From: Bryobacterales bacterium
GTDB taxonomy: Bacteria; Acidobacteriota; Terriglobia; Bryobacterales; UBA6623
Assembly: GCA_965226385.1 (NCBI GenBank)
Contig: OZ245359.1
Span: 905,116 to 969,115 of the forward strand
DNA length: 64,000 bases
Direction: 5' to 3'
The notes below the pieces were generated by a model. That model worked only from the letters and a program-made list of their open reading frames with translations. It did not search any database and was not told where the DNA came from. Both the position numbers and the translations under genes were made by a program. The first letter of the stretch is position 1. Each line of letters begins with the position of its first letter. Below are positions 18,313 through 29,368 of the stretch, piece by piece.

Positions 18313-19005
18313 TTATTTCCTACGTACACTTGACAAGGAGCGTGTAAACCTGTAGTTACCTGCCAGTACTCGCTGGATCTGAGCACTTGATATTCTACCC
18401 TCTCGCAGTATGCGCACCTTTTCTAATGTGAGATCAACAATCGTGGAAGGACTTGGATGTGCCACTCGACCGGCATCAAGAACAAGGGGTACTCGGTGTC
18501 CAAGTTGTGCAACCACTTGATCAGAACTGAGTGCACCGGGCCAGCCTGAACGATTAGCACTGGTTCCAGTCAGCGCTTGTCTGGAAAGCCTTACCAACGA
18601 GCGCACCAAAGGTGAGTGTGGCAGACGTACAGCGACTGTCCCAGTCCCGGCCGTAACGATGTCTGGAACTCCTCGACAAGCAGGCAGGACAATCGTCAGT
18701 GGTCCAGGCCAAAACGCTCGAACCAGCTTGTCAAAACCTGGTGGATACCCTTCCACAATTCCATCAAGTCTGTCCAGAGAGTCAATGAACAGAGGTACAG
18801 GCTTGGTCTCAGGACGAGTTTTTATTCGAAACAAACTGCGTAAAGCAGTTTCCCTGCTCGCATCCGCCAGCAAGCCATAGATTGTGTCTGTCGGTGCAGC
18901 AATCACTTGGCCTTGCTTGATGTACAGGGAGGCAAGTCGTAGCGTCTCAAGCCTGGCTTGATAGCAACTCACCTGGATACGCAAGCACCTCCCCATGGAA
19001 AACAT
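18313..19005 (-). CDS. tsaC: L-threonylcarbamoyladenylate synthase (YrdC/Sua5/TsaC family)
   Basis: QVIAAPTDTIYGLLADA, GPLTIVL, AVRLPHSP and TSANRSG blocks. Start chosen at an internal Met (19005 or 18996) to avoid overlapping the divergent gene. Confidence 0.75.
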   Translation of the reverse strand: MFSMGRCLRIQVSCYQARLETLRLASLYIKQGQVIAAPTDTIYGLLADASRETALRSLFRIKTRPETKPVPLFIDSLDRLDGIVEGYPPGFDKLVRAFWPGPLTIVLPACRGVPDIVTAGTGTVAVRLPHSPLVRSLVRLSRQALTGTSANRSGWPGALSSDQVVAQLGHRVPLVLDAGRVAHPSPSTIVDLTLEKVRILREGRISSAQIQRVLAGNYRFTRSLSSVRRK

Positions 19006-19036
19006 ATTACGCTGAAAAAACCCAGGCTGCCTTTTA

Positions 19037-19825
19037 ATGCTCAACCAATCGGAAGTCATCACAAGCCGCAGTAATGCATGGATCAAGCTTATTCAAAAAA
19101 TTGCATCCCGTGGTATTACCAGTAAGAACGGGGCTGTAATCGCAGAATCCCCACACCTGCTCAGCGAGTCACTTCGCTCCAGCATTGAGATTGAACGGGT
19201 CTTCGTAAACCAGCGTATGGAGAGCAAGGTAGCTGGAAACCTGCCAACCCATCAACAGATCCCACTGCATGTCATCGCTGACAAGCTGTTTGATGAAATT
19301 GCCACGACTACACGGAATCAGGGTGTGCTTGCTCTGATAAAACTTCCAGACTGGGAACCAGAGAATGTCTTCACTGGCATGACACTGGCTCTTGATGGTG
19401 TCCAGGATCCCGGCAATGCAGGCATGATCATTCGCTCAGCAGAGGCATTTGGGGCATCCGGGATCGTGTTACTGAAAGGCTCGGTAGCACCTTCCAATCC
19501 AAAACTTCTGAGAGCCTCAGCCGGATCCCTTTTCCGGTTGCCATTCCTTCATGGCGTAGAGCATGAGCGCTTTCTGGAGTTGACAAGCAGTCACAGGAAA
19601 AACCTGTTTGCATCTGTTCAAACAGGTGCCCTCCCGGTTCACAAAGCCCTTTTGGATACGGATTCTGCAGTCATCATAGGATCCGAGACACACGGTATCT
19701 CACCAGGGTTGCAGGAAAGCTCAACCCTGCTTGCCATTCCCACCAGAACTGTGGAATCTCTGAATGCTGCTGCTGCCGCTACAACCATCCTGTATGAATT
19801 TCATCGAAGACAGTTGCTGCCATGA
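19037..19825 (+). CDS. TrmH/SpoU-family RNA 2'-O-methyltransferase
   Basis: SpoU motifs DGVQDPGNAGMIIRSAEAFG, IIGSETHGIS and IPTRTVESLNAAAAATTILYE. Confidence 0.8.
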   Translation: MLNQSEVITSRSNAWIKLIQKIASRGITSKNGAVIAESPHLLSESLRSSIEIERVFVNQRMESKVAGNLPTHQQIPLHVIADKLFDEIATTTRNQGVLALIKLPDWEPENVFTGMTLALDGVQDPGNAGMIIRSAEAFGASGIVLLKGSVAPSNPKLLRASAGSLFRLPFLHGVEHERFLELTSSHRKNLFASVQTGALPVHKALLDTDSAVIIGSETHGISPGLQESSTLLAIPTRTVESLNAAAAATTILYEFHRRQLLP

Positions 19826-21153
19826 ACCTGTTTGAGCCCCAGGACATTGAGATAGCGGATTCATCACGACCCCTCCCTGAAAGAATGCGTCCCCGCACAC
19901 TTGAGGAGTTCATCGGGCAGGAGCATCTTCTGGGGGAAGGGAAACCGTTACGTAATCAGATTGAATCGGACAATCTTGCCTCAATCATCTTCTGGGGACC
20001 ACCAGGAACCGGTAAGACTTCGCTTGCCCGCATCATTGCTCGCAAAACCAACTGCCAGTTCATTTCCTTTAGTGGTGTCCTGAGCAGCATCAAGGAGGTC
20101 AAGGTGGTTCTTGAAGCCGCCAAGCGCTTACGCCAGACTGGCTTACGAACCATTGTGTTTGTCGATGAGATCCATCGCTTCAACAAAGCCCAGCAAGATG
20201 CCTTCCTGCCTTTCGTCGAAAGCGGTGACATCATTCTCATCGGTGCCACCACGGAAAACCCATCTTTCGAAGTCATCTCGGCCTTGTTATCACGCACCAA
20301 GGTCTATACCTTGCAGCTACTGGACATTCCACAACTGGTCCAGATGCAGCGGGCCGCCCTTCAGGATGCAGAACGTGGGCTGTCAATTGCTGGACTAGAA
20401 GTCCCTGTCAGGATCCTTGAACGGATTGCGGCCTACTCAAATGGAGATGCAAGGATCGCTCTGCTGGCACTCGAAACGCTCATAAACGCCGTCCAGGACA
20501 GCCCACTCAATGAGGCATTGCTGGAAGATGTCCTGCAGCGCCGGTTGCCTCGATATGACAAGAAAGGGGAAGAGCATTTCAACTTGATTTCTGCACTGCA
20601 CAAGTCAGTCCGTTCGAGCGATCCGGATGCCGCACTGTACTGGCTTGCCCGCATGCTGGAAGGCGGTGAAGACAGGATATACATTGGTCGCCGACTGGTT
20701 CGCATGGCAGCCGAAGATATCGGACTCGCAGATCCTCGTGCTGTTGAGCTTGCCATGGCTGGAGTTAATGCCTTCCAGTTAGTTGGGGAACCCGAAGGGG
20801 ACCTGTTTCTGGCTCAGGTAGCTGTCTACCTGGCGGTTGCCCCCAAATCCGACTCTGTCTACAGGGGACTCAACGAAGCACTGCAAGACATTCAAAAGGG
20901 ACCTGCTCCGGATGTCCCACTGCAACTGCGCAATGCCCCAACTCGCTTGATGTCGGAGTTGGGATATTCAAAAGGCTATGAACACGCCCACCAGCAATAC
21001 GATGCAATCACAGGCATGTCCTGCCTGCCGGAGTGGCTTGAGGGCAAACAGTACTATCGCCCAACATTGCGGGGAATTGAAGAACGCATGGCAAAACGAC
21101 TTGAGGAAATCAAGAAACAAAAACAAGCTCTACGTCAGAAAAACCGTGGTTGA
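19822..21153 (+). CDS. rarA: Replication-associated recombination protein A (AAA+ ATPase RarA/MgsA)
   Basis: Walker A GPPGTGKTS. Walker B VFVDEIHRFNKAQQD. MgsA C-terminal blocks HFNLISALHKSVRSSDPDAALYWLARML and GYEHAH. Confidence 0.9.
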   Translation: MNLFEPQDIEIADSSRPLPERMRPRTLEEFIGQEHLLGEGKPLRNQIESDNLASIIFWGPPGTGKTSLARIIARKTNCQFISFSGVLSSIKEVKVVLEAAKRLRQTGLRTIVFVDEIHRFNKAQQDAFLPFVESGDIILIGATTENPSFEVISALLSRTKVYTLQLLDIPQLVQMQRAALQDAERGLSIAGLEVPVRILERIAAYSNGDARIALLALETLINAVQDSPLNEALLEDVLQRRLPRYDKKGEEHFNLISALHKSVRSSDPDAALYWLARMLEGGEDRIYIGRRLVRMAAEDIGLADPRAVELAMAGVNAFQLVGEPEGDLFLAQVAVYLAVAPKSDSVYRGLNEALQDIQKGPAPDVPLQLRNAPTRLMSELGYSKGYEHAHQQYDAITGMSCLPEWLEGKQYYRPTLRGIEERMAKRLEEIKKQKQALRQKNRG

Positions 21154-21232
21154 TGCAGCCTTTCCAGCAGTTTGAAACTTGAGTTTCCGTGCCAGTTCCG
21201 GCAGTGTCCCAGGAGCAACTGGATGAGGCCGT

Positions 21233-22834
21233 TCACGATTGAGTCCGGTTTGCAGTAGCCGATTCAAGAGGCTGATGCAACCGCAGCAACTCCAGTCGCA
21301 CTGAATCACGGAGTGCGTCCCAGCTTGCCTCAAGGACATCATCGGACACACCCACTGTAGTCCAGTTGGTCTTGTTGTCCGCCCAGTTGATCAGGACTCG
21401 AACCTTGGCCGCTGTGCCCTTGCCAGGGTTCAGCACGCGTACCTTGTAGTCCACCAGGCGAATGTTGGCAACCTCTGGATAGTCATGTGACAGACACTGC
21501 CGCAGAGCCGCAGCCATTGCGTCGAATGGCCCGGAAGCCTTGACCTGTGCCTCATGAGTGCCAGCAGGTGTGGAGACCTTCATTTTGATCTCACACTCGG
21601 AGCGTTCACGTCCAGACTTGTCGATCTTCATTTCCATGGAACTGAGTTGGAACAGGTTCCGATCCTGAGCAAGTTCCTGGCGAACCAGCAACTCCATTGA
21701 ACCGTCAGCTGATTCCAGTTCATAGCCATCGAACTCCATCTGCTTGATCCGTTCAAGCAGCTTTTTACGGGCATCATCGCTCAGCTGCTTCTCCCAGCCC
21801 ATCTCCTGCAGTTTGAACGTGATATTGCTTCGGCCGGACAGGTCACTGACCAATACACGGCGAACATTACCTACATCTTCCGGCTTGATATGTTCGTAAG
21901 TCTCGGGATCGCGCATTACAGCACTGACATGAATGCCACCCTTGTGGGCAAAAGCACTTTTCCCGACAAATGCAGCACCGTTTGCAAGTGGCAGGTTGGC
22001 CACATCCGCAACGTACTTCGCAACGTAATGCATCTCTGAAACCTGATCCTGGCCAATCGTAGTGTGTCCGAGCTTCAATTCAAGGTTGCAGATCGTGGCA
22101 ACCAGATTGCAGTTCCCGCAGCGTTCCCCGTAGCCGTTAATTGTTCCCTGCACATGCGTAGCACCCAGTTCCACCGCTGCTATCGCATTAGCAACAGCAA
22201 GCTCTGAATCGTTATGGGTATGGATCCCCAGGACTCCATCAAAGTTCTTGCGCACATCGGCAACAACCTCACCCAGCCGTGCCGTCAGTGTCCCGCCATT
22301 GGTATCACACAGCACAAGGGAATCAGCTCCAGCTTGTTGTGCAGCTTCCAGGGTACGGAAAGCAAAGTCCCGGCTTGAAAGATAACCGTCGAAGAAATGC
22401 TCTGCATCGTATACGACTTCCCGACCCAGGGACTTGAGGTAAACCACGGTTGAGTGAATCATCTCGAGATTCTGCTCTTCGGAGACTCGCAGTGCGTTCC
22501 TAGTATGCAGGTCCCAGCTTTTGCCAAAAATGCAGACTACTGGTGTTTCAGAATCAACAAGCATTTTGACATTCGGGTCTTGTTCGACCTTGTTCGCCGC
22601 ATGCCTGGTTGAACCGAAAGCGACCAGCCGTGCATGCTCAAGACTCAGATCGGTCTTCGCACGGTCAAAAAATTCCGCATCACGCGGGTTGGAGCCTGGC
22701 CAACCACCCTCAATGTAATCAATCTTGATGTTGTCCAGCTTGTGCGCAATATCCAGTTTGTCTGTTACCGAGAACGAGATGTTCTCGCCTTGCGTACCAT
22801 CCCGTAAGGTAGTGTCGTAGATAACAATGCGCAT
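21233..22834 (-). CDS. cimA: Citramalate synthase / 2-isopropylmalate synthase family (CimA-type)
   Basis: MRIVIYDTTLRDGTQGE, HTHNDSELAVANAIAAV, and a LeuA-dimer-like C-terminal domain. Adjacent to ilvC. Confidence 0.8.
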   Translation of the reverse strand: MRIVIYDTTLRDGTQGENISFSVTDKLDIAHKLDNIKIDYIEGGWPGSNPRDAEFFDRAKTDLSLEHARLVAFGSTRHAANKVEQDPNVKMLVDSETPVVCIFGKSWDLHTRNALRVSEEQNLEMIHSTVVYLKSLGREVVYDAEHFFDGYLSSRDFAFRTLEAAQQAGADSLVLCDTNGGTLTARLGEVVADVRKNFDGVLGIHTHNDSELAVANAIAAVELGATHVQGTINGYGERCGNCNLVATICNLELKLGHTTIGQDQVSEMHYVAKYVADVANLPLANGAAFVGKSAFAHKGGIHVSAVMRDPETYEHIKPEDVGNVRRVLVSDLSGRSNITFKLQEMGWEKQLSDDARKKLLERIKQMEFDGYELESADGSMELLVRQELAQDRNLFQLSSMEMKIDKSGRERSECEIKMKVSTPAGTHEAQVKASGPFDAMAAALRQCLSHDYPEVANIRLVDYKVRVLNPGKGTAAKVRVLINWADNKTNWTTVGVSDDVLEASWDALRDSVRLELLRLHQPLESATANRTQS

Positions 22835-22852
22835 GGCTGTATCCTGACCGAA

Positions 22853-23890
22853 TCAATCACCTTCAGCCGGTGCCAGAGGTGTTGATTCAGGCTTTTCCTT
22901 CTTGAGAAACGGCATCATTGCACGCAACCCGCTGCCAACTTGTTCGATCAGTTGATTCTCCTGCTCCTTGCGAGTGTCAAGGAACTTCTGCCGACCACTA
23001 CGATTTTCCGCCATCCATTCCTTGGCAAATTCGCCGGACTGGATCTCTTCAAGGATCTTTTTCATCCTGTCCCTAACGGACTGATCTATAACACGGTTAC
23101 CACGTGAGTAGTCCCCATATTCTGCCGTGTCGGATATCGAATAACGCATGTAACTCAGTCCCCCTTCGTAGATCAGGTCCACGATCAGCTTCAGCTCATG
23201 CAAGCACTCGAAATAGGCAATCTCAGGCTGGTAACCAGCCTCGACGAGGGTATGGAATCCTGCCCGGATCAACTCTGTGCAGCCACCACAAAGTACAGCC
23301 TGCTCGCCGAAAAGATCACTTTCTGTCTCTTCCTTGAAAGTTGTCTCAATTACACCAGCTTTCAGGCAGCCGAGACCCAGGGCATAAGCAAGAGCCTGCT
23401 CTTTAGCCAGGCCGGTAACATCCTGTGCCACCGCAACAAGCGCTGGCACTCCGACACCTTCCACAAACAACTCACGAACACGATGGCCCGGGGCCTTGGG
23501 AGCCACCATCGCGACATCGACATTGGCTGGAGGAGTGATTTCTTTCCAGTGAATCGCAAATCCATGCGCAAACATGATGGTGTCACCAGCTTCGAGATGC
23601 GGTGCGATTTCACTTTTATATAAACCCGGTTGTATGTGATCGGGAAGCAAGATCATTACAACCTGTGCGGCCTTAGTCGCATCTGCTACTGTCTCGACTG
23701 CTAATCCAGCCCTCTCTGCCTTGGGCCAGGAACTGGAACCCTCATACAGGCCCACGACTACGTCAAGGCCGCTTTCCTGCAGGTTCAAAGCATGGGCATG
23801 TCCCTGGCTGCCATAGCCAATGACTGCGATTTTCTTGCCTTTCAGAAGATCAAGATTTCCATCCACTTCGTAGTAGATTGTTGCGGGCAT
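22853..23890 (-). CDS. ilvC: Ketol-acid reductoisomerase
   Basis: [22 protein letters not shown], and class I length (345 aa). Confidence 0.95.
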   Translation of the reverse strand: MPATIYYEVDGNLDLLKGKKIAVIGYGSQGHAHALNLQESGLDVVVGLYEGSSSWPKAERAGLAVETVADATKAAQVVMILLPDHIQPGLYKSEIAPHLEAGDTIMFAHGFAIHWKEITPPANVDVAMVAPKAPGHRVRELFVEGVGVPALVAVAQDVTGLAKEQALAYALGLGCLKAGVIETTFKEETESDLFGEQAVLCGGCTELIRAGFHTLVEAGYQPEIAYFECLHELKLIVDLIYEGGLSYMRYSISDTAEYGDYSRGNRVIDQSVRDRMKKILEEIQSGEFAKEWMAENRSGRQKFLDTRKEQENQLIEQVGSGLRAMMPFLKKEKPESTPLAPAEGD

Positions 23891-23945
23891 TATAAAATTT
23901 ATTTCCTTTCAGAGTTCTGGGATCTCACCAGTTCCGGTGAAGAAT

Positions 23946-24473
23946 CTAGGACTTGGACAACAAGGCCTCTTCTAACTGTGGAATGGGCAGTTTGTTGTGC
24001 TTGGCACGAGCCATTGCCATTGCACCGGAACGCACCATTTCGAGTGTTCCGTAATTGTGCAAAAGCGAAATCAGAGCATTCAGCTTATCTGGAGAGCCAG
24101 TAACTTCAAGTGTAAACGAGTCGGGAGAAGCATCGACAACCCTTGCCCTGAAGATTTCTGCTTCATTGAGCAGTGTCGCACGCTTATCCTGGGAGACTGT
24201 GATTTTGATCAATGCCAGTTCGCGACGGACAGCCTGCGAATCTGTCAAATCCACAGCCTTGATGACATTCACAAGACGGGTGATCTGCTTGATCAGCAGT
24301 TCTCTTCCCTGGTCGCTGACGTTCGCGACGATAGTCATACTCGATAGCGTCGGATCCAAGGTCTTGGCAACTGTCAGGCTCTCAATGTTATAGCCTCTTG
24401 ATGTCAGCACGCCAGCTACTCTCATCAAGGCACCGGGTTGGTTTTCAACCAGTAGTGATATTAATTGCTGCAT
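23946..24473 (-). CDS. ilvN: Acetolactate synthase small (regulatory) subunit
   Basis: N-terminal ACT domain LVENQPGALMRVAGVLTSRGYNIESL. Positioned between ilvB and ilvC. Confidence 0.9.
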   Translation of the reverse strand: MQQLISLLVENQPGALMRVAGVLTSRGYNIESLTVAKTLDPTLSSMTIVANVSDQGRELLIKQITRLVNVIKAVDLTDSQAVRRELALIKITVSQDKRATLLNEAEIFRARVVDASPDSFTLEVTGSPDKLNALISLLHNYGTLEMVRSGAMAMARAKHNKLPIPQLEEALLSKS

Positions 24474-24491
24474 GATAAATTCCCCGAGTTC

Positions 24492-26231
24492 CTAGTCGCC
24501 TGCCAGTGCGTGGGCAACAGGAGTTGCAGGCTGCAGGATCATCTCGCTAACGGCACCACCCGAGGGCACCATCGGGTAGACACATTCCTTGGGAGTCACT
24601 TGTACATTTAGCAAGTAAGGCCCAGGGGTATTGAATGTCTCATGGAGTGCATCATCCAGGTCTGCGGGCTTGCTGACAGAGCCAGCCTCGATTCCGAATG
24701 CAGCCCCAAGCAGTTTGGCATCAGGGAAAGACGCAATGTCCACCTGGCTGTAGCGTTCACTGAAAAACAGTTCCTGCCACTGGCGAACCATGCCAAGAGT
24801 GTTGTTATTCATCACGATAATCTTGACTGGAAGCTGGTTGGCGGCAATCGTCCCGAGCTCGGGAAGCGACATCATGAATCCACCGTCACCGACAATGCCA
24901 AGTACGGTCTTGTCCGGACAGGCAAACTTTGCACCCACTGCTGCCGGTAAGCCGAAACCCATTGAACCCAGCCCGCTGGAGGACTGCCACAAGCGCGGGT
25001 GGTTGAAGCTCAGATACTGTGCAGCCCACATCTGGTGCTGGCCGACATCAACGGTGACAATCGCATCACCGTGCAAAATCGCGTCAAGCTTCTCCATCAA
25101 CTGCTGAGGCTTGATGTGCTCATCCGAAGGCTCATAAGAGAACGGGTTTTCCCTCTTCATTGTCTGAAGGTGTCCCATCCATGCACGACGTACATCACGA
25201 CATTCTGCTCCCTGCGTCTTGCTGGTGCGTTCCAAGCACTCGTTCAAGCGCTCCAGGACAGTCCGGGCATCACCAACCAAACCGATATCCGCCCGTCGGT
25301 TCTTGTTGATCTCGGCGGGGTCGATATCCACATGAAGCACCTTTGCTTCGGGCGCAAAGGCATCTAGGCGACCGGTGACTCGGTCATCAAACCGAACTCC
25401 AATACCAATCAGGGAATCACATTGGGTCACCCCCATGTTGGCGGCATAACTGCCATGCATCCCAAGCATCGAAATGAAGTTCGGATGTGAAGTTGGCATG
25501 GAGCCAAGTCCCATCACTGTGTGCGCAACTGGAGCTTCCAGTAACTCACTAAACCGGATCAGTTCTTCACTCGCACCTGAAGAGACAATGCCCCCTCCTG
25601 CATAGATATAGGGGCGCTCGGCCTGCCAGAGAAACTTGACTGCTTCATCCAGTGCATCCTGTTCCGGACCTACAGGCAACTCATAACCACGGAGAGGTCG
25701 CATTTCCTGGGAATCCTGATACTCTACCTTGGAAAGCAGAACGTCCTTGGTCACATCGACAAGCACGGGGCCTGGCCGCCCACTACTAGCAAGGTAAAAC
25801 GCTTCGTGAATAATCTGTGCCAACTCGCAAATATCCTTGACGAGGTAGTTGTGCTTGGTTGCTGACCGGGAGATTCCGAAGGTATCAGCCTCCTGGAATG
25901 CATCCCGACCAATCAAGGCCTGTGGAACTTGTCCCGTGATGGCCACTATGGGAATTGAATCCATCAGGGCATCAACAAGTCCTGTTGTAAGATTAGTGGC
26001 CCCCGGTCCGGATGTAGCCATACAAACGCCCACCTTGCCAGTGGCACGGGCATACCCCTGAGCTGCAAATGCTGCATTCTGCTCATGTCGCACGAGAACA
26101 TGCTTCAGGGGATGGTCATAGAGAACATCGTAAATAGGCAACGTCACGCCGCCCGGATAGCCAAAAACAATCCCCGTCCCCTCTCGGGCCAAACTTTCCA
26201 CTAGAATCTGGGATCCACTCAATAACGCCAT
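24492..26231 (-). CDS. ilvB: Acetolactate synthase large subunit
   Basis: ThDP enzyme blocks GYPGG and GIVGDGGFMM...NNNTLGMV. Start taken at MALLSGSQILVESL (26231) rather than ORF start 26297. Confidence 0.9.
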   Translation of the reverse strand: MALLSGSQILVESLAREGTGIVFGYPGGVTLPIYDVLYDHPLKHVLVRHEQNAAFAAQGYARATGKVGVCMATSGPGATNLTTGLVDALMDSIPIVAITGQVPQALIGRDAFQEADTFGISRSATKHNYLVKDICELAQIIHEAFYLASSGRPGPVLVDVTKDVLLSKVEYQDSQEMRPLRGYELPVGPEQDALDEAVKFLWQAERPYIYAGGGIVSSGASEELIRFSELLEAPVAHTVMGLGSMPTSHPNFISMLGMHGSYAANMGVTQCDSLIGIGVRFDDRVTGRLDAFAPEAKVLHVDIDPAEINKNRRADIGLVGDARTVLERLNECLERTSKTQGAECRDVRRAWMGHLQTMKRENPFSYEPSDEHIKPQQLMEKLDAILHGDAIVTVDVGQHQMWAAQYLSFNHPRLWQSSSGLGSMGFGLPAAVGAKFACPDKTVLGIVGDGGFMMSLPELGTIAANQLPVKIIVMNNNTLGMVRQWQELFFSERYSQVDIASFPDAKLLGAAFGIEAGSVSKPADLDDALHETFNTPGPYLLNVQVTPKECVYPMVPSGGAVSEMILQPATPVAHALAGD

Positions 26232-26709
26232 GGTTTCATTCTCTCGCTTTCTTGTCCCTTCACTTCTTCCATCTTCACTTGCAAGGGCAAGAATCAAAAG
26301 GCCCCCGACTTGATTGTCTTGATGCCCCGGTCGGCGGCCTGCTCAGTGTTTAAACTGGATGTGCCTCAGCCGAGGCTGGGTACAGCGACAAGAATAATAT
26401 TGTCAATACGGAGATTTATGACAGGAGCAGCATTTGTGCAACCACTTCCCTGCTGCCTTGAAGGCTCTGGGTCAGGTTCATTACAGGCTTGAATTGACGT
26501 ATTCTCGCCGGGAACATTCTTTAGAGGAACCCTAAAGGAACTGCGTGTCGAACAGCTACGACGACTGCTTGCACATGGTTCTGTCATGAGGTGCATTGCC
26601 TCTGTGAATCCAGCTTGGAACAAGCCAACTCACTTGTTTCAATGTAACTGGAAAGGACGGATAACGTCAAGAATCCACAACTTAATATTGACAAATATGG
26701 ATACCGGCA

Positions 26710-26719
26710 TTATCAAATG
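26710..26719. repeat. Left copy of the 10-bp target-site duplication TTATCAAATG
   Basis: An identical 10-mer directly abuts the outer edge of both inverted repeats. Confidence 0.85.
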
Positions 26720-26767
26720 GGCCTTATATACCAAAGTGCTCAGAAACGGAATCTGGCGGGAATGTTC
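26720..26767. repeat. Left 48-bp terminal inverted repeat of the IS1595-type transposon
   Basis: GGCCTTATATACCAAAGTGCTCAGAAACGGAATCTGGCGGGAATGTTC is the exact reverse complement of 30563-30610. Confidence 0.9.
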
Positions 26768-28093
26768 CGGGCAATCCTACTCGCGGATACCTTCGCGCTT
26801 GAGCTTGGCAATGAACGCGGCTTGGCTAATCGTGCCCTTGGATGAGTTGCAGGCTGAGCACAGCAACTGGAGGTTGTCTAGGTGATCGGTTCCTCCCTTG
26901 GAACGCGGCGTGATGTGGTCCACTGTCAAGTTACGGAACGGGAAGTGGTGATTGCAACCGGCGCATAGGCCCTCCTGCCTGCCGTAGAGGGTGTGGCGGG
27001 GCGTCTTGTACGGCGGTAGTTTGCCAACGTCCGTCCGTCTCGGGATGTCTGTTCTGGCTGTCACCATGTCGGGGCGGTAGAGCGTCCCAAGGAGTCCGTC
27101 CAGTCTCAGCTTGACCAGATCTATTGCCTTAGTGGACAGGTCAATTCCCACCCATTGGCGGTTCAGCCGTTCGGCTGCCACAGGTGCCGTGGCACACCCA
27201 CAGAATGGGTCCAGCACGATATCACCCTCGTTGGATGAGGATTCAATGATTCTCGACAGCAATCCAAGCGGCTTTTGGGTTGGATAGCCTACGCGCTCGG
27301 ATTCATTGTCAAGCCACTTGATATCCTCATCAACGCCCTCAGTGGAATTCCACAGCACGCCTTGCGTTCCCGGCTGGAATGCCCATAAGTCCTGCTAGAG
27401 AACCCCATGCGAACTGCTCAGGTACTGCTTGTACCGAGGCATCTTACCCGCCGTCCTTGGGTGGATGATCAACGAGAGGGCGTCCAACTTGTCAAGTACC
27501 CGCTGCACTGAGTCATTAGCTGTGTCGAACTTGATCAGGGAACGGATCGAGGATGGTATTGCCCAATGACGGCCATGCGGTGTTGGGTCGTATCCCCGCC
27601 ACGGCTCCCCGCTTTCCCCAGCCCTTGTTCCTGATCCGGTCAAGACGTTTGACTGGTACTTGCCGTGACTGTCGGAGTAAGGGAAGTTCTTCTTGACATA
27701 GGTAGACGTGTACGGAGTGCGACCCGGATGGAACGTGAACCTCTTGCCTTTCGAATAGAACAGCAAGGTATCGTGGATCGGTCCATATTGCTTGGTTAGC
27801 TTGTTGTGGGCGTTACTCCTGCGCCATATAATCTCGCTGCGGAAGTTGTCTGGTCCGAACACCGCATCCATGAGTTCCTTGAGGTAGTGGCTGGCCGTTG
27901 GATCGCAAGGCAGGTAGATACTGCCGGTGGGCTTGAGTACTCGCTTCATTTCGAGCAGGCGGATCGCCATCATGACGAGATAGGACTTCATGGACTTCCC
28001 ATGCGCCAGTCCTGTCGCGTCAATCCCGCTCGATAGCGCCGGTTCCCTGTCCGCTAGTGTCCTGACCTTCAAATAGATTGAATTAATTTGCAA

Positions 28094-29170
28094 AGTGTGC
28101 CATACTGCTTCTCGCGGGAGGGAGCACTATGGCACGACCGGTTGCAGTTCTCGATCTGCATCCCGAGGAACAACGGGAGTTGGAACGGCGGGTCCGCGCC
28201 GCGACCACTTCCCGGCGCGACTGCCTGCGCGCGCGGATCGTGCTGCTGCGCGCCGAGGGCGTTAAGCAGCGGGACGTCGCCGAGCGCCTCGGGGTCAGCG
28301 TCGCGTGTGTGAACAAGTGGTCGCAGCGCTTTGACCGCGAGGGCCTTGCGGGCCTGCAGGACATGCCCGGCCGCGGACGGCGGCCCACGATCCCCTTGGA
28401 AACCGTGGAGAAAGTCGTCACCGAAGCGGGGCGGACGCCGCCCGGACGCCAGCGCTGGAGCACCAGCAGGGCCTCAAGCCGCACCGCACCAAGACATTCA
28501 AACTCTCCAGCGACAAACAGTTCGAAAGCAAGTTCTGGGATGTGATCGGCTTGACCCGCCCGAGAAGTCCGTGGTGCTGTGCTGCGACGAGAAGAGCCAA
28601 TGCCAGGCGCTGGAGCGCACCCAGCCCGCCCTGCCGCTTGGTGTCGGACACATTCGCACCCGCACTCACGACTACATTCGGCACGGCACCGTGTGCCTGT
28701 TTGCGGCGATGAGCTACCTGGAAGGCAAGCTGATCTACCGCACCGAGGCGCGGCACACCCATCTGGAGTGGCTGCGATTCCTCAAGCAAATCGACCGGGA
28801 GGTTCCGAACGGTCTCCAGATTCACATCGTCGCGGACAACTATTGCACGCACAAGCACGCGAAGGTGCGGGACTGGCTGGGCAAGCACAAGCGCTTCCAC
28901 ATGCACTTCACGCCCACCTCGAGTTCCTGGCTGAACCTGGTGGAGCGGTTCTTCGCTGACCTGACGGCGGACTGCGTGCGGGACGGCAGCTTCGGGAGCG
29001 TCAAGGAACTGACGGACGCGATCACGGCCTACCTGATGGAGCGCAACGAGAATCCGAAGCCGTACCGCTGGAAGGCCAAGGGCGAGGAGATTCTCGCCAA
29101 GATCCACCGGGCGCGCCAGGCTCTCGAGAGCGAAGGTGGTTAATTAATATTATTTAGCGATCAGCACACT
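28094..29170 (+). mobile_element. IS630-family element relic nested in the methyltransferase gene (approximate ends)
   Basis: Termini AGTGTGC / GCACACT are inverted. The size of about 1.08 kb fits IS630. It splits the MTase reading frame. Confidence 0.6.
28129..29143 (+). pseudogene. IS630-family (DDE_3) transposase with two internal deletions
   Basis: The HTH part MARPVAVLDLHPEEQRELERRVRAATTSRRDCLRARIVLLRAEG runs to ...RWST. The frame is then lost: about 20 codons are missing before GLKPHRTKTFKLSSDKQFESKFWDVIGL. About 7 nt are missing before DPPEKSVVLCCDEKSQCQALERTQP. The rest, ...HFTPTSSSWLNLVERFF..., is intact. Confidence 0.75.
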
Positions 29171-29368
29171 AGGATTCCGATCCAAGCTAGATCGACGTCA
29201 CCCAGAGTCCAAGTGTCCTTGAAGGCAGCGCCTGCCGCCTCTGATCCTATGGGAGCCTCGTAATTGCGATTCGAGTTGAATGGAGGGTCCAAGTAGATCA
29301 GGTCTACGCTCTCGGAATTCATGCCACGGAGGACGTCCAGATTGTCCCCGGTGAACAGCGTGCGGTTC

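Noticed and set aside
28129-29143. Programmed ribosomal frameshift joining the two overlapping IS630 ORFs.
   Set aside because: The junctions coincide with missing conserved segments. About 20 codons are absent between RWST and GLKPH, and about 7 nt are absent before DPPEK. There is no slippery site, so these are deletions in a dead copy.
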